DNA of 64,000 nucleotides from an uncultured virus (IMG/VR IMGVR_UViG_3300050334_000070) (lineage: Duplodnaviria; Heunggongvirae; Uroviricota; Caudoviricetes), in the IMG/VR virus record IMGVR_UViG_3300050334_000070. The stretch is one strand, 5' to 3'. Position 1 is the first letter of the stretch; the number at the start of each line of letters is the position of its first letter. Shown piece by piece: positions 1-9,819 of this stretch. The notes below the pieces were generated by a model. It did not search any database and had not been told where the DNA came from. It worked only from the letters and a program-made list of their open reading frames with translations. A program made the translations under genes and the position numbers.

Positions 1-126
1 CGGAGTATTAAGGGAAGTGTTTCAGGGCGTTACCCCATCATTCCACTTCTTAGAGCATTAGTTCTGTCGATTCCCTTCCCTCCTTTCAATCGACGCCTAA
101 CCTTTTCAGTTAGGAACGTGTCGCAC
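1..126 (-). mobile_element. 5' end (domain I start) of a group II intron, continuing beyond the window start
   Basis: Minus strand from 126 reads GTGCGACACGTT (GUGYG 5' consensus), then short stems CCTAAC/GTTAGG, GTCGATT/AATCGAC and AAGTG/CACTT. The host ORF turns to junk (SATRS*) exactly here. The RT ORF and domain V are outside the window. Confidence 0.8.
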
Positions 127-3100
127 TGCAGTCATGGTTGGTGTAATAGTAGAACTCCAGTTGGCTGTAGATTCCTGCTGGCAGAGTACGACTGAAGGTG
201 ATGCCGTTGGTCGTGGTACCATAATCTAGCTGGTCCCATTGTCCTGTCAGGATGTTGTAACCGCGGACGCGCCCAAAATCTTGACCGGAATGTCCGGACA
301 CCGGAGGTACCGTAAAGGTGTAATTGGTGATGGTCGCACCCGCTATACCCTGTTCCAGAATGACGGATTCTGGACCGGTAAGCGTCATGCCGCCGCCTCT
401 GTTGGGATCAGCCACAAAGAACACAATGGCCGCCCAGGGAGATTCTGCTCCGGTGGAGTCTACCGCTTTGACGCGCACTACATTTTTGCCTAACGGATAG
501 GCAGTGCTGGTTTGCGCCGGTCTGCCCTCCCACACATAGGTGATGGCGTCGCCGTCCGGGTCGGTGCTGCTTGCCGTGATGGTAATGGCAACACCCGGCG
601 CCACACTGTTGCCGTCCGGGGTCCTGGTGATGACGGGTGTGGTCGGTGCGGAGTTTGTTACGGTGAAAGAAATGTCCGTCCAGTCAGAGTAAAGCCCCCA
701 GACATCCTTTGCCCGGACCTTAACCGTATGGCTACCCACGGCATAGTAACTGTCAGAGGTATTACCTGAGTATTCCAGAGTCACTGAATCGCCGTCCGGG
801 TCGGAAGCATAGGCATACAGGTTGACCAGGAGTTTTCCATCCTTGGCAGTCCGGGTGACCGAAGCGCTTCCGGAAGGCTTGTTGGGTGCATTGTTAGTGA
901 TGGTGACGCCCTGCGAGTAGCTGAACGTCCTGTCGGCACTGTCGGTTGTGCTGGCGGTCAGGATATAGTTACCGGTGGTATTGATGGCAATGGTGCCGCC
1001 ACTGTTGGACAGGCTTCCAGTGTAGCCAGCCGTATTGCCGTCCTTTGTCAGCGACCAGGTGAGGGTTCTGCCTTCCAATCCGGATGTTGACGGCAATGAT
1101 ACGTTAAATCCGGAGCCGATGTGAGCCGAGGAGGGAAGCGTGAACGCAAAGCTGGCAATGGGTTTGACCGTTCCAGTGCCGGAGGTGAATGTGAAATTAC
1201 GCCCGTTGGTATCGGTGATCACTGCCTGCAGTTTTACAGAGATGGTTTTATCCGTGTAGAGTCGCAGAGCGCCGCCGCTGATTCCGAGGGCGCCTGTTGC
1301 ATACTCCGTATAAGGCTTTGCCGCGCCGCCATCCACTGAGATATACCAGTTGGCAGAGGCTCCTCCCAGCTCGGTTCCTGAGGCGGTAACCGCCAAGGAC
1401 TCGCCGCTGTGGGTCAGAGCTGGAATGCTGATATTCATGGTTGGGATGGGTGATATTGTGAAGCTGCGGCTTCTCGTAAAGGTGCGGCCGGTGGTGTCTG
1501 TCATGGTCAGGATGAGTTCATACTGCCCCTTCGTGGGGAAGGTGATCGCGCCGCCATCCTTGGTCAGGGTGCCCGTGGTGTAAGCGGAATACGACTTTGC
1601 CTCGCCATCATCCTGTCGGATTGTCCAGGCTGCGGTAAGGTTATCCAAGTCGGTGCCGCTGACGCTAACTGTCCCGGCTTCTCCGGCGTACCATGGCTGC
1701 GGAACGCCGACGCTTATGGTCGGGATGGGATATACCGTAAGGTTCCTGCTTTCCGTGAAGGGACGGCCGTTGGTATCCGTCATCGTAAGGATCAGTTCGT
1801 ACTGCCCTTTTGACGGGAAGGTGATTGTGCCGCCGTTCTTGGTCAGGGTGCCTGTGGTATAAGTGGGATACGGCTTTGCAGCGTCATTCCCATGCTTGAT
1901 TGTCCAGTCAGCGGTGAGGTCAGCCAGATCGGTGCCGCTGACGTTAACCGTTCCAGCTTCTCCGGCATGCCAGGTCTGCGTGAGACCGATTGACATCGAC
2001 GGGATGGGATAAACAATGAAGCTCTGGCTTCTTACGAAAGTGCGGCCGGTGGGGTCCGTCATCGTAAGAATCAGTTTGTACTGTCCTTTTGTCAGGAACG
2101 TGATCGTACCGCCTGTTTTATCCAGGGTACCGGAGGCGTAAATGTAATAGGGCTGTGCGCCACCATCGTCCTGAATGATGGTCCAGTCTGCGGCGAGATC
2201 ATCCAGATCGGTGCCGCTGACGCTGACTATTCCGGCTTCCTCGGCGTACCAGGTCTGCGGAAGATCCAGCAGGACGGACGGGATAGGATAAACTGTGGTA
2301 GACGCGCTGTAAGAGAACACGCGGCCTAGAGCATCCGTCATGGAAGCGGTCAGGATGTATTCCCCAACCTCCTTGAACTGGATTTTACCGCCGTAAGCAT
2401 TCAGGCTGCCCTCCAGCACTTCGGAGAGTTCTGTGGGCTTACCGTCTTTGGTGAGCGTCCACTCCACCGGCAGCACGTTATTGTTGCCGCGGGTCCGAAG
2501 GTCAACGGTGCGGTCGGTATGCGTTGATGCCGGCAGCTCGAAGGAAATATTCAGCACCGGCAGGACTTCGATCTTACCGCCGTCCTCGTACAGGAACACG
2601 CGGCCGCTCTCGTCGGTGATTCGAGCGATGAGCTCATAGGTGCCGGCGTGCTTAAAGCGGATGGTCCCGCCGTTATTGTCCAGTGTTCCGTCGATGTAAG
2701 TCGCAAAATCCTGGAATCCAAAGCCATTCTCCAACAGCCACTCCACTTTTAAGTTCCCCAATTCCAAGGTTTCTGGAATCACGGAAACTTCCGTATCAGT
2801 GTGTGCGGTTACCGGTAGCTTGTAGGTGATGCTGAGTACCGGATAGACCTTGATGGGTGCGGAATAGCTGTAGGTTCTGCCTGCAGGGTCGGCAAAGGCG
2901 GCTTTCAGCACATATTCGCCCTTTTCCTTGAACCGGACGTTGCTGTTCGTGTCGGTGAGTGTTCCATCGATGTAGTCGGCAACAGGAACGGCTTCGCCGT
3001 CTTTTGTCAGCGACCACTGGATTTCGGCAGTCCCAAGATTCTGGAATGTTGCCTTAACAAGAACACTGGTGTCGGTATGCGCGATCTCCGGCAGGTAAAA

Positions 3101-4708
3101 ACCAACGGAGCCCACGGGGTAAACCGTAACGGTCTGCGAGGTTTCAAAGGTTCTGCCGGTTTCGTCGGTAAGGGTTCCGGTCAGCATATACACGCCCTTG
3201 TCCTTGAAGCGGATGCTCCCGCCCTCATCGGTCAGGGTGCCCTCCAGTTCGTCGGAAAGCACTGCGGCTTCGCCGTTCTTTGTCAGACTCCATACTACGG
3301 ACAGACCATCCGCTTCCGTCAGCGTCGTAGCAACATCCACCATGGTGTCCGTATGAGAAGCTGTGGGTAATGTAAATGCAATGCCGGCCACCGGGTAGAC
3401 TTTTGTGCTCTCGGTATGCGTAAAAATGCGCCCGGTTTCATCCGTAATAGTAACTGTCAGCTTATAACTACCCTTGTTCCTGAACACAAAGGTGCCGCCG
3501 TCATTCCCCAGCGTGCCATCCAGTATGTCGGTCGCCTGTACGGTTTCCTCATCCTTTTCCGCCGTCCATACGATGTCGTGGCCATATAGCTTTTCCAGCG
3601 GGAAGGTAAGGGTGACCGATTTGTCGGTGTGAGTCGTTTCCGGCAGGTCAAAGGTCAGGTCTATCACGGGATAGACCGTCACCGCTTTGCTTAAGACCGT
3701 TTCTTTTCCTCTGGTGTTTTTCGCCGTTGCCGTGAGGGTGTATTTGCCTTCCTCTTTAAACTGGATGGTACCGCCTTCCAGTCCCAGGCTGCCGTTAATG
3801 GCCTCTGCCAGCTCTACCGGCTGCTCGGAACCATCCACAGCAGTTTTGGTCAGCGACCAGGTAAAGCTCTGCATGTATTTCCACACGGGCATCACCTTGA
3901 TCTCGGTATCTGTATGCGCGGTTTCGGGCAGGTCAAACCGCACCTGCGCATCTGGTACATGATAGGAACCGCCGCCTGAACCGCCACCCGGTGTAGGTGT
4001 GGGTATAGGTGTAGTAGAAGGGGTAGGCGTCGGCTGTTCCTCATCCGGATCGGTTGGTGTCGGTGTAGTCTGTTCATCACCCGGAGTTGTCGGTGTCGGT
4101 GTAGTGGGGTCTGTTGCCGGGGACGATGGGGTTGGCGTCGGTGCGGATGGTTTTGGATCAGCCTTGTCGATCATGTCATCAGCCTCCCCCTTGGTTACAG
4201 GATCATTAGGGTGGAGCTTATTGTCCTCCGTGTCCCCGATGATGCCATCCTCTTTTCCAACGATGACATAACCCTTGTCATTGTCCGCGATATCCGACTG
4301 GTCATCGTAACCACTGTGTCCTTGGGTGTTTTTTGCTTCCTCATCCTGGCCCTTGGCCCGCACCATCATTTTGATGATCTCAGCGCGGGTGATGGGCTCG
4401 TCGGGCTTGAAGCCGTCAGGGTAATCGGCGGGGTCTAAAATACCCGCGTCGACAAGGGCTTCAATGTACTTTTCCGCCCAATGTCCGTCGATATCAGAAA
4501 AGCTGGGCATGTCTTTTTCCGATTTCGAGGTGTCCAAGTCAAGCTCCTTTGCCAACTCCGCGGCAAACTCCCCGCGGGTGATGATGTCGTTTTTCCCGAC
4601 AAAGTTTTCGGGATGCAGGCGGTAGGCTGTATAAATACCGCCGCAGACCAAAAGCACCAGCAGGAGAACCAGAAGCAGGACGCCTTTCTTTTTGCCTTTT
4701 AGGTTCAT
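127..4708 (-). CDS. Large S-layer homology (SLH) domain surface protein with Pro/Thr linker and tandem ~92-93 aa Ig/PKD-like repeats; 5' exon only
   Basis: N-terminal Lys-rich plus hydrophobic anchor, SLH motifs (ITRGEF, FSDIDGHWA, FKPDEPITRAE), PTPT linker, repeated W...GTL...GG.I.F...G.Y.L...TD..GR.F units. ORF-track end at 110 reads into the intron. Confidence 0.85.
1430..2290 (-). repeat. Three closely similar 279-bp internal repeats in the surface protein gene
   Basis: TCGGTGCCGCTGACG recurs at 1650, 1929 and 2208 (period 279 bp = 93 aa). Confidence 0.85.
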
Positions 4709-4745
4709 ATATTTTCCTCTCTTTCCTTATAAATTTGACTATGAT

Positions 4746-4777
4746 AAGGCCGGAATCAGATCTCTGACTCCGGCCTT
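4746..4777. other. Intergenic hairpin (possible terminator or mRNA stabiliser)
   Basis: AAGGCCGGAATCAGA-TC-TCTGACTCCGGCCTT, 15-bp stem with one mismatch; no clear U tract on the minus strand. Confidence 0.5.
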
Positions 4778-4792
4778 AAGTCCTAATGGGAT

Positions 4793-5377
4793 TCATAGCT
4801 TCAGCTCCATGCCACCAATTCCTTGTTCCCTCTGGTGCGCATCCAAAATATCCTGCGTCGGGTAGAGGAGCTTTCCCTCTGCCATTTCAAAAACGCAGAA
4901 GTCCTCCCGGTCACAGATCATGATCCTGTGCTGGTAGTCCTTCTGCATATCAATATAATCCTGTACTTCCTTTGGGCTGCAAAGCCATACACCAGAGGTA
5001 TAACGGCCGTCCGGCAGGTAACAGTAGCCGCTGAACTGCGGCTCGTTACCCTTTAAGTCAAGAGCACCGATGGGACGGATTTGAGAAAGCTGGAGACGGG
5101 CCTTTTCAGAGAGAGCCTCCGGCTTCGCAATGCCGAGGATGTCACTCCGGTTCCAACGGACGTGCTCACCGTCTGCAAGCGAGACGGTGAAAACGGAGCG
5201 GCCAATGGGATGAGGATTACTGCCGTTGCCTCCGGTGCAGAAATAGAGCTGCCGGTCCGCGCTACGGTATTCCTCCGGCAGCGCCGAGGAATGAAGTACG
5301 ATGATCTTGCCAGCAATAGACATGTCATATCCGACCTGCTGGCAGTCATCTTGCGTCAGCAATGCTTTATCACCCAT
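4793..5377 (-). CDS. Hypothetical protein
   Basis: ORF overlapping the upstream AbrB-like gene, AAGGAG RBS before MGDKALL. Confidence 0.7.
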   Translation of the reverse strand: MGDKALLTQDDCQQVGYDMSIAGKIIVLHSSALPEEYRSADRQLYFCTGGNGSNPHPIGRSVFTVSLADGEHVRWNRSDILGIAKPEALSEKARLQLSQIRPIGALDLKGNEPQFSGYCYLPDGRYTSGVWLCSPKEVQDYIDMQKDYQHRIMICDREDFCVFEMAEGKLLYPTQDILDAHQREQGIGGMELKL

Positions 5378-5660
5378 GGTGTGGCTCCTTTCTCTCAATC
5401 AGCTCAAGCAGCCGCGCAGCAATGGAAATCTGCTTCTCCTGCGGCATGTCGCGGATGGCCGCATGAATGAAGGCTTCCACCGCCTCCGGGGACTGGTCGC
5501 CCACTTCAATTAGGTCGACCTTCTTCACACTGACAGTCCCCTGGCTGATGCCGACCTTGACGATATCGCCGTAGTCCATGCCGGCGGCGGCGCGGAGTTC
5601 CTTGGGGATGAGGACACGCCCTTTGCCATCCATGATCTTGTAAATCGGTTTTGCTTTCAT
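5370..5660 (-). CDS. AbrB/MazE/SpoVT-family DNA-binding protein
   Basis: MDGKGRVLIPKELR...GD.V swapped-hairpin signature. Confidence 0.85.
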   Translation of the reverse strand: MKAKPIYKIMDGKGRVLIPKELRAAAGMDYGDIVKVGISQGTVSVKKVDLIEVGDQSPEAVEAFIHAAIRDMPQEKQISIAARLLELIERKEPHHG

Positions 5661-6106
5661 ACAAAATAGCCCTCCTTTTTCATGACTTCACGCACGGTTT
5701 CGGGGTGGATGCCGAAGGAATGGAACAGAGTCTTAAGGCCGTCCGGCAATCGATTCAGGATATCCGATTCCTTGATGATGATGGCGCCGGGAACGCAGGT
5801 GACGTCCAGATCACTATCGATGGGAATACCTGCGGCGTTCAAAAGCTCATGAGGAAGCGCGAAGTCATCTTCCGCCTCACCGTCCTCCGGTTCCTCATTC
5901 TCGTCACCGTCCGGAGCGAATGCAAAGGTGACCGGGGTATCTGTCGAGACGACCATCACCGGGCAAGGAAGCAGTCCTTCCTCGCAAATCGCAAGGGTCA
6001 CGGTCATCTCTGAGTCTGGCTGGATAGCCGCCGCGTTAATGAATTCCATGGGCAACGGCAGGCGGCCTTCCTTGTCTACGCAAATACGTTTTTCAATCAA
6101 TTTCAT
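5657..6106 (-). CDS. AbrB-like protein with two AbrB-type half repeats
   Basis: VDKEGRLPLPMEFINAAAI and FALPHELLNAAGI repeats; AGGAGG RBS; ATGA coupling to the next gene. Confidence 0.65.
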   Translation of the reverse strand: MKLIEKRICVDKEGRLPLPMEFINAAAIQPDSEMTVTLAICEEGLLPCPVMVVSTDTPVTFAFAPDGDENEEPEDGEAEDDFALPHELLNAAGIPIDSDLDVTCVPGAIIIKESDILNRLPDGLKTLFHSFGIHPETVREVMKKEGYFV

Positions 6107-6198
6107 AATGGTTTTCCTCCTGAAAAAAACTCGTGGTCACGGGGCTGAAAGCCCCGAAACTACGGTAATTTTTCAGCGACTACATGTAGCCGCTGTAG

Positions 6199-6597
6199 TT
6201 ACTCCTTTGCATATAGCAATCCCCGAATATATTCCAACTCGACTTTAAGTCTCCGGTTTTCTTCCTCCAGTTTTGCTATACGTTTATCTTTTGCTTCAAT
6301 AATCACGTTTTTCGAGCGTGATGTTTTATCATATTTGGCACGCCGGTTCATCTCACTATCAATTTCACTGGAACGGCATTCCTGAATCATCTGCCGGATT
6401 TCCTCATCCTCATAAAGAAAGCTTCTAGACACTCCGCTTTGTTTGTGAATGCTACTGAAATTAACAGCCTTTTCTTCTTTGCATAGCAGATTAATAGCCT
6501 CCTTAGCCTTTTTCCGTGCCTCATCCGACTGCTTCTTTCTGTTGACCTCAAGTGTTTTCAGTCTATCAGCCATCGCACTCCTCCCGATGACTGCCAT
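6199..6597 (-). CDS. TnpC-like (DUF6262-type) transposition protein; true start probably MADRLK
   Basis: VNFSSIHKQSGVSRSFLY HTH-like segment followed by a coiled coil; third gene of the triplet. Confidence 0.7.
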   Translation of the reverse strand: MAVIGRSAMADRLKTLEVNRKKQSDEARKKAKEAINLLCKEEKAVNFSSIHKQSGVSRSFLYEDEEIRQMIQECRSSEIDSEMNRRAKYDKTSRSKNVIIEAKDKRIAKLEEENRRLKVELEYIRGLLYAKE

Positions 6598-8512
6598 TCT
6601 TATGGATCAGCCCTTCCTTCTGGATTCGTGCCAGCATCTTTTCAAGAATTTCAAGATAATTCTGGTTCTTTTCTTGCCATTCGCTTCTCCCAAGCCTTTT
6701 GCTGATTTCCAGATGTTCTCTGACCCTTTCAATTTCTTGTTCATACTCCCCGATATTATCCCTGCAGGTACAGAAATTAGCACATTCAAGGCAGTGACCT
6801 ATGTGTTGGCGGCACGGCAGCTTGTTTGGTTTAAAGCATATCCCAAACGGCACCCTTACGGCATCGAGATTTTTACGGATAAATTCATACCGGATTTCTT
6901 CCCGTTTTTCCCTATGCACATTAGGCGGTGTACTTTCAATGTGAAGGAGGTTCAACCTCTCTGTCTCCTTCCATTTCTTGTACAGCATATTTTCAGAGAC
7001 CTTCGCATAGTGCAGTGTCATCTGAAGGCTGCAGTGTCCCAGAATCTGCTGGATAATCCCTATCGGCATCCCTTGCTCTGTATATTCCAGTGCCCTCGTA
7101 TGTCTCAGGGCATGGGCATTGAAATGGTATGGCTTTCCATCTCCGTCAAGGATGCCTTTCCTGTCTATCAATTCTTGTACGGCTGCTGAGAATGCCGGTT
7201 TGCTTAACGGAAGCCCTTTGCAGCGTCCTTCATAGGTATTGAACAGGTATTTATCCGGATTATTCTCCTCCGTGCTGCGTTTCACTGCATCATCCACAAG
7301 TCTTTTTACCATGTCTGCAACTTCTTTTCGGATGGGAATCTTTAAAAGCGGGATTCCCGTTTTTGTAATCTCTCCGCACAGGTAGGGGATGTACTCCTTT
7401 TCATGCCCATTCCAAAGATGCTCCAGACAGCTGTCATATCTAAGGTTCAGCACATCCGTCCCTCGCCAGCCACTCTCCCTCAGCAGGACATATACTGGCA
7501 TCATTTCCATCGGTTCAATCTCGCCAATGCAGGCATCCATCTGCCCTCTGACTGGTTCCGGCATATATTTTACCTTTCCCATGGTGTCTGCCAACCGCTC
7601 ACGCTTTGGTATATCATCTTCAAAAATCAGGCGGTTTACATCCTTCTGCGGTGCCTGCGGGTACTCTGCAAGCTGGATATAGTCGATATACTGCCGGATA
7701 AATAAAACTGCTTTGCTGCGGAAAGTGGCATTCCTGCCGTCATAGTCACCGGCAACCCAACCCAGGTATTTTTCAATATCCTGTCTCGCAAGCCTCTCAA
7801 GGAAGCCATCCGCATATCCATGAGCATAAAAAGCCTCAAAAAAGTACCGGACATACATCATCATCTCTACGCAGTATGACCAGCTCCGTTTGATGACAAG
7901 GCGGCTCATAAAGCGTTTTACCATTTCTCGGTAATACAGTGGTATATTAACGAAGCTTATGCTGAGCTTCTGGCGTTTTCCTGCCGCCGATACCTTTGTG
8001 CCCGGAATACGGGCAGCACGCCATATATCATTTTCCATCTCATCATAGACGCCATAGTAATCTGTAATCAATTTGGTAACGCCATGCTTCAAGAACAGAT
8101 ACGAACGTCTTTCCGTGCTATTCAGTCCCGCATCTTCCAGTTCCCTGTCACAGGTGTCCAGCTCATTAAAACTTTCTACATTCCTTATTGATGACAGCAG
8201 TTTTCCGATATTTGATATCGCCTGCCGGTAGTTTCGATAGACACTGACGGCTTCGATAATCCCATCCTTCATGGAGTGGAGAAGGAAGTATTTCATTTCT
8301 TCTTTTAATCGCCCCTTCTTGTATGAACCGAAGTCCGCAAGAAGCCAGTGGCCTGACTTTAGCACGGGTATTCCCGCTTCCATGAAACTGTCGGCATCCA
8401 TATACCATCTGTCGTTATCTTTCCAGTAACCTCCTTCCGATGACAGGTATTCCATCATCCGACTGTATTTATCTTCAAATGCCTCGTATTGGGTGAGGGC
8501 TGCCGTTCCCAT
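6566..8512 (-). CDS. Tyrosine recombinase, TnpB-like (648 aa)
   Basis: ESGWRGTD (R), HALRH, ILGH...HYA catalytic residues; C-terminal Cys cluster (C..C...CLECANFC). Confidence 0.9.
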   Translation of the reverse strand: MGTAALTQYEAFEDKYSRMMEYLSSEGGYWKDNDRWYMDADSFMEAGIPVLKSGHWLLADFGSYKKGRLKEEMKYFLLHSMKDGIIEAVSVYRNYRQAISNIGKLLSSIRNVESFNELDTCDRELEDAGLNSTERRSYLFLKHGVTKLITDYYGVYDEMENDIWRAARIPGTKVSAAGKRQKLSISFVNIPLYYREMVKRFMSRLVIKRSWSYCVEMMMYVRYFFEAFYAHGYADGFLERLARQDIEKYLGWVAGDYDGRNATFRSKAVLFIRQYIDYIQLAEYPQAPQKDVNRLIFEDDIPKRERLADTMGKVKYMPEPVRGQMDACIGEIEPMEMMPVYVLLRESGWRGTDVLNLRYDSCLEHLWNGHEKEYIPYLCGEITKTGIPLLKIPIRKEVADMVKRLVDDAVKRSTEENNPDKYLFNTYEGRCKGLPLSKPAFSAAVQELIDRKGILDGDGKPYHFNAHALRHTRALEYTEQGMPIGIIQQILGHCSLQMTLHYAKVSENMLYKKWKETERLNLLHIESTPPNVHREKREEIRYEFIRKNLDAVRVPFGICFKPNKLPCRQHIGHCLECANFCTCRDNIGEYEQEIERVREHLEISKRLGRSEWQEKNQNYLEILEKMLARIQKEGLIHKNGSHREECDG

Positions 8513-9636
8513 TATCGGTCAGCCTCCCTTCCCATAGAAGGCATTCTCAGGCTTTCTGATGCTTTTCTGAACGCCTCTGCCACTTCCTCTTCCGATGGAT
8601 GGACATAGGTATCCAGGGTAGTATAAATGTTTTTATGGCCTGCTCGCTGCCTAAGCATCTCCGGCTCCCATCCCGCCGAATAAAGCAGGCTGAGCGATGT
8701 ATGCCGGAACATATGCGGTGTCACACGTATGCCGGTCTTTTCCCGTAGTGTACGGAAAAGATTATCCACATCCCCGTAATCCATTGCCTTGCCAGCCATT
8801 CGTCCTTTAAGTTTCAGAAATACATGGTTGGTATGTATCTCAGCGGTATGGTGCTCACAGATATAGCCCGTAAACAGATCCATCAATTCCTGCGTACAAT
8901 CCAGCCTACGGGGGCTGGATACTGTCTTAATCTCCGCTAAGTTCTCCATTTCTCATCTGTCATGCAGAGTGATGGTTAGTCCTGCCATATCGAAATCTTC
9001 TAGCCAGAGGGAGAGGGCTTCCCCAATCCGCATTCCGGTCTCGAACAGTAGATAAAGCAGGAGGTAATCTCTTAGGTTCGTGCAGGAATCAAGAAGCACT
9101 GCTGCGTCTTCCCTGCTGATGGTGCGAATCTTCATCCTTGGTACCGGCAGCTTCAGGATATGGCTCTTTATCATCCTGTTCTCTGCAATTCCATGAAGGA
9201 AACTCCTGTAATTCCTGCCCGGATCCCTGACAAACTTCACCATCTTTTCTGACAGCTGGTTTTCCATACCTTCATGCCGGAGAAGATAATCGTAAAACAT
9301 GACCGCCGTGTCTATCATTGCATTGATTGTTTGAGGCTGATGCTCCGGCTCAAACCTAAGCGGTACTACCTTTTTCAGCATGTCAGGGTTCTTCAGCCAC
9401 GCCAGAAATCCCGCAAGGTCATCAATGTTCACCTGCTCATAATACTTTCCGGCTTCTCCAAGGTATGTGAAGAAGTGTTTCAGGTGGATGCAGTGCATCT
9501 TGAGCGTGTTTCTGGCATATCCGGCATTGTCCTTGAACTTCAGGTATTTCAGCACTGGCGAAACCGGTGCTCCCGCATCATCAGCCAGATAGTACCTGAC
9601 TTTTCCTTCCACTGTCTTTAATTCAACTACTTTCAT
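8512..9636 (-). pseudogene. Tyrosine recombinase, TnpA-like, split by an in-frame TGA at 8953-8955
   Basis: ORFs 8953..9636 (ETGMRIGE) and 8512..8949 (HMFRH, AGH, TY) are in the same frame: CAT GAC AGA TGA GAA ATG GAG. Confidence 0.8.
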
Positions 9637-9692
9637 TGTTCATGCTCCTTTCTTTAGTTACATGAACAACGATAGCACAAGTCTGACGGCAG

Positions 9693-9776
9693 CTACACAA
9701 ACTACACAAACTACATATCACGAGTTTTAACTGTAGCCGCTGTGAATTTCCCTTTCAGCGACTACACAAACTACAC
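9693..9776. repeat. CTACACAAA short repeat cluster upstream of tnpA
   Basis: CTACA(CAAA) at 9693, 9702, 9711, 9762, 9771, with an inverted TGTAG at 9732. Confidence 0.8.
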
Positions 9777-9819
9777 TGTTTTATCATCAAGAGATATCTA
9801 AATATGTTTTTTTAAATGG

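Larger units (their letters stand above)
6122..9819 (-). mobile_element. Tn554-like tnpA-tnpB-tnpC tyrosine recombinase element without cargo (ends approximate)
   Basis: Two tyrosine recombinases plus a small coiled-coil gene with sizes like Tn554 TnpA/B/C. Shared motifs TTTCAGCGACTACA and TGTAGCCGCTGT at both ends. Sits between the dam stop and the RBS of the AbrB-like gene. Confidence 0.75.

Noticed and set aside
110..2300. Diversity-generating retroelement acting on the surface protein
   Set aside because: No RT or template repeat in the window, repeat differences are not adenine-specific, and the adjacent element starts like a group II intron.
8953..8955. Selenocysteine or programmed readthrough at the tnpA TGA
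   Set aside because: The position is not a Cys-type catalytic site and no SECIS-like hairpin is evident; a point mutation is simpler.
9693..9776. Short repeats as a CRISPR array
   Set aside because: Units are 9 bp with no unique 30-40 bp spacers and no cas genes; better explained as recombinase sites.
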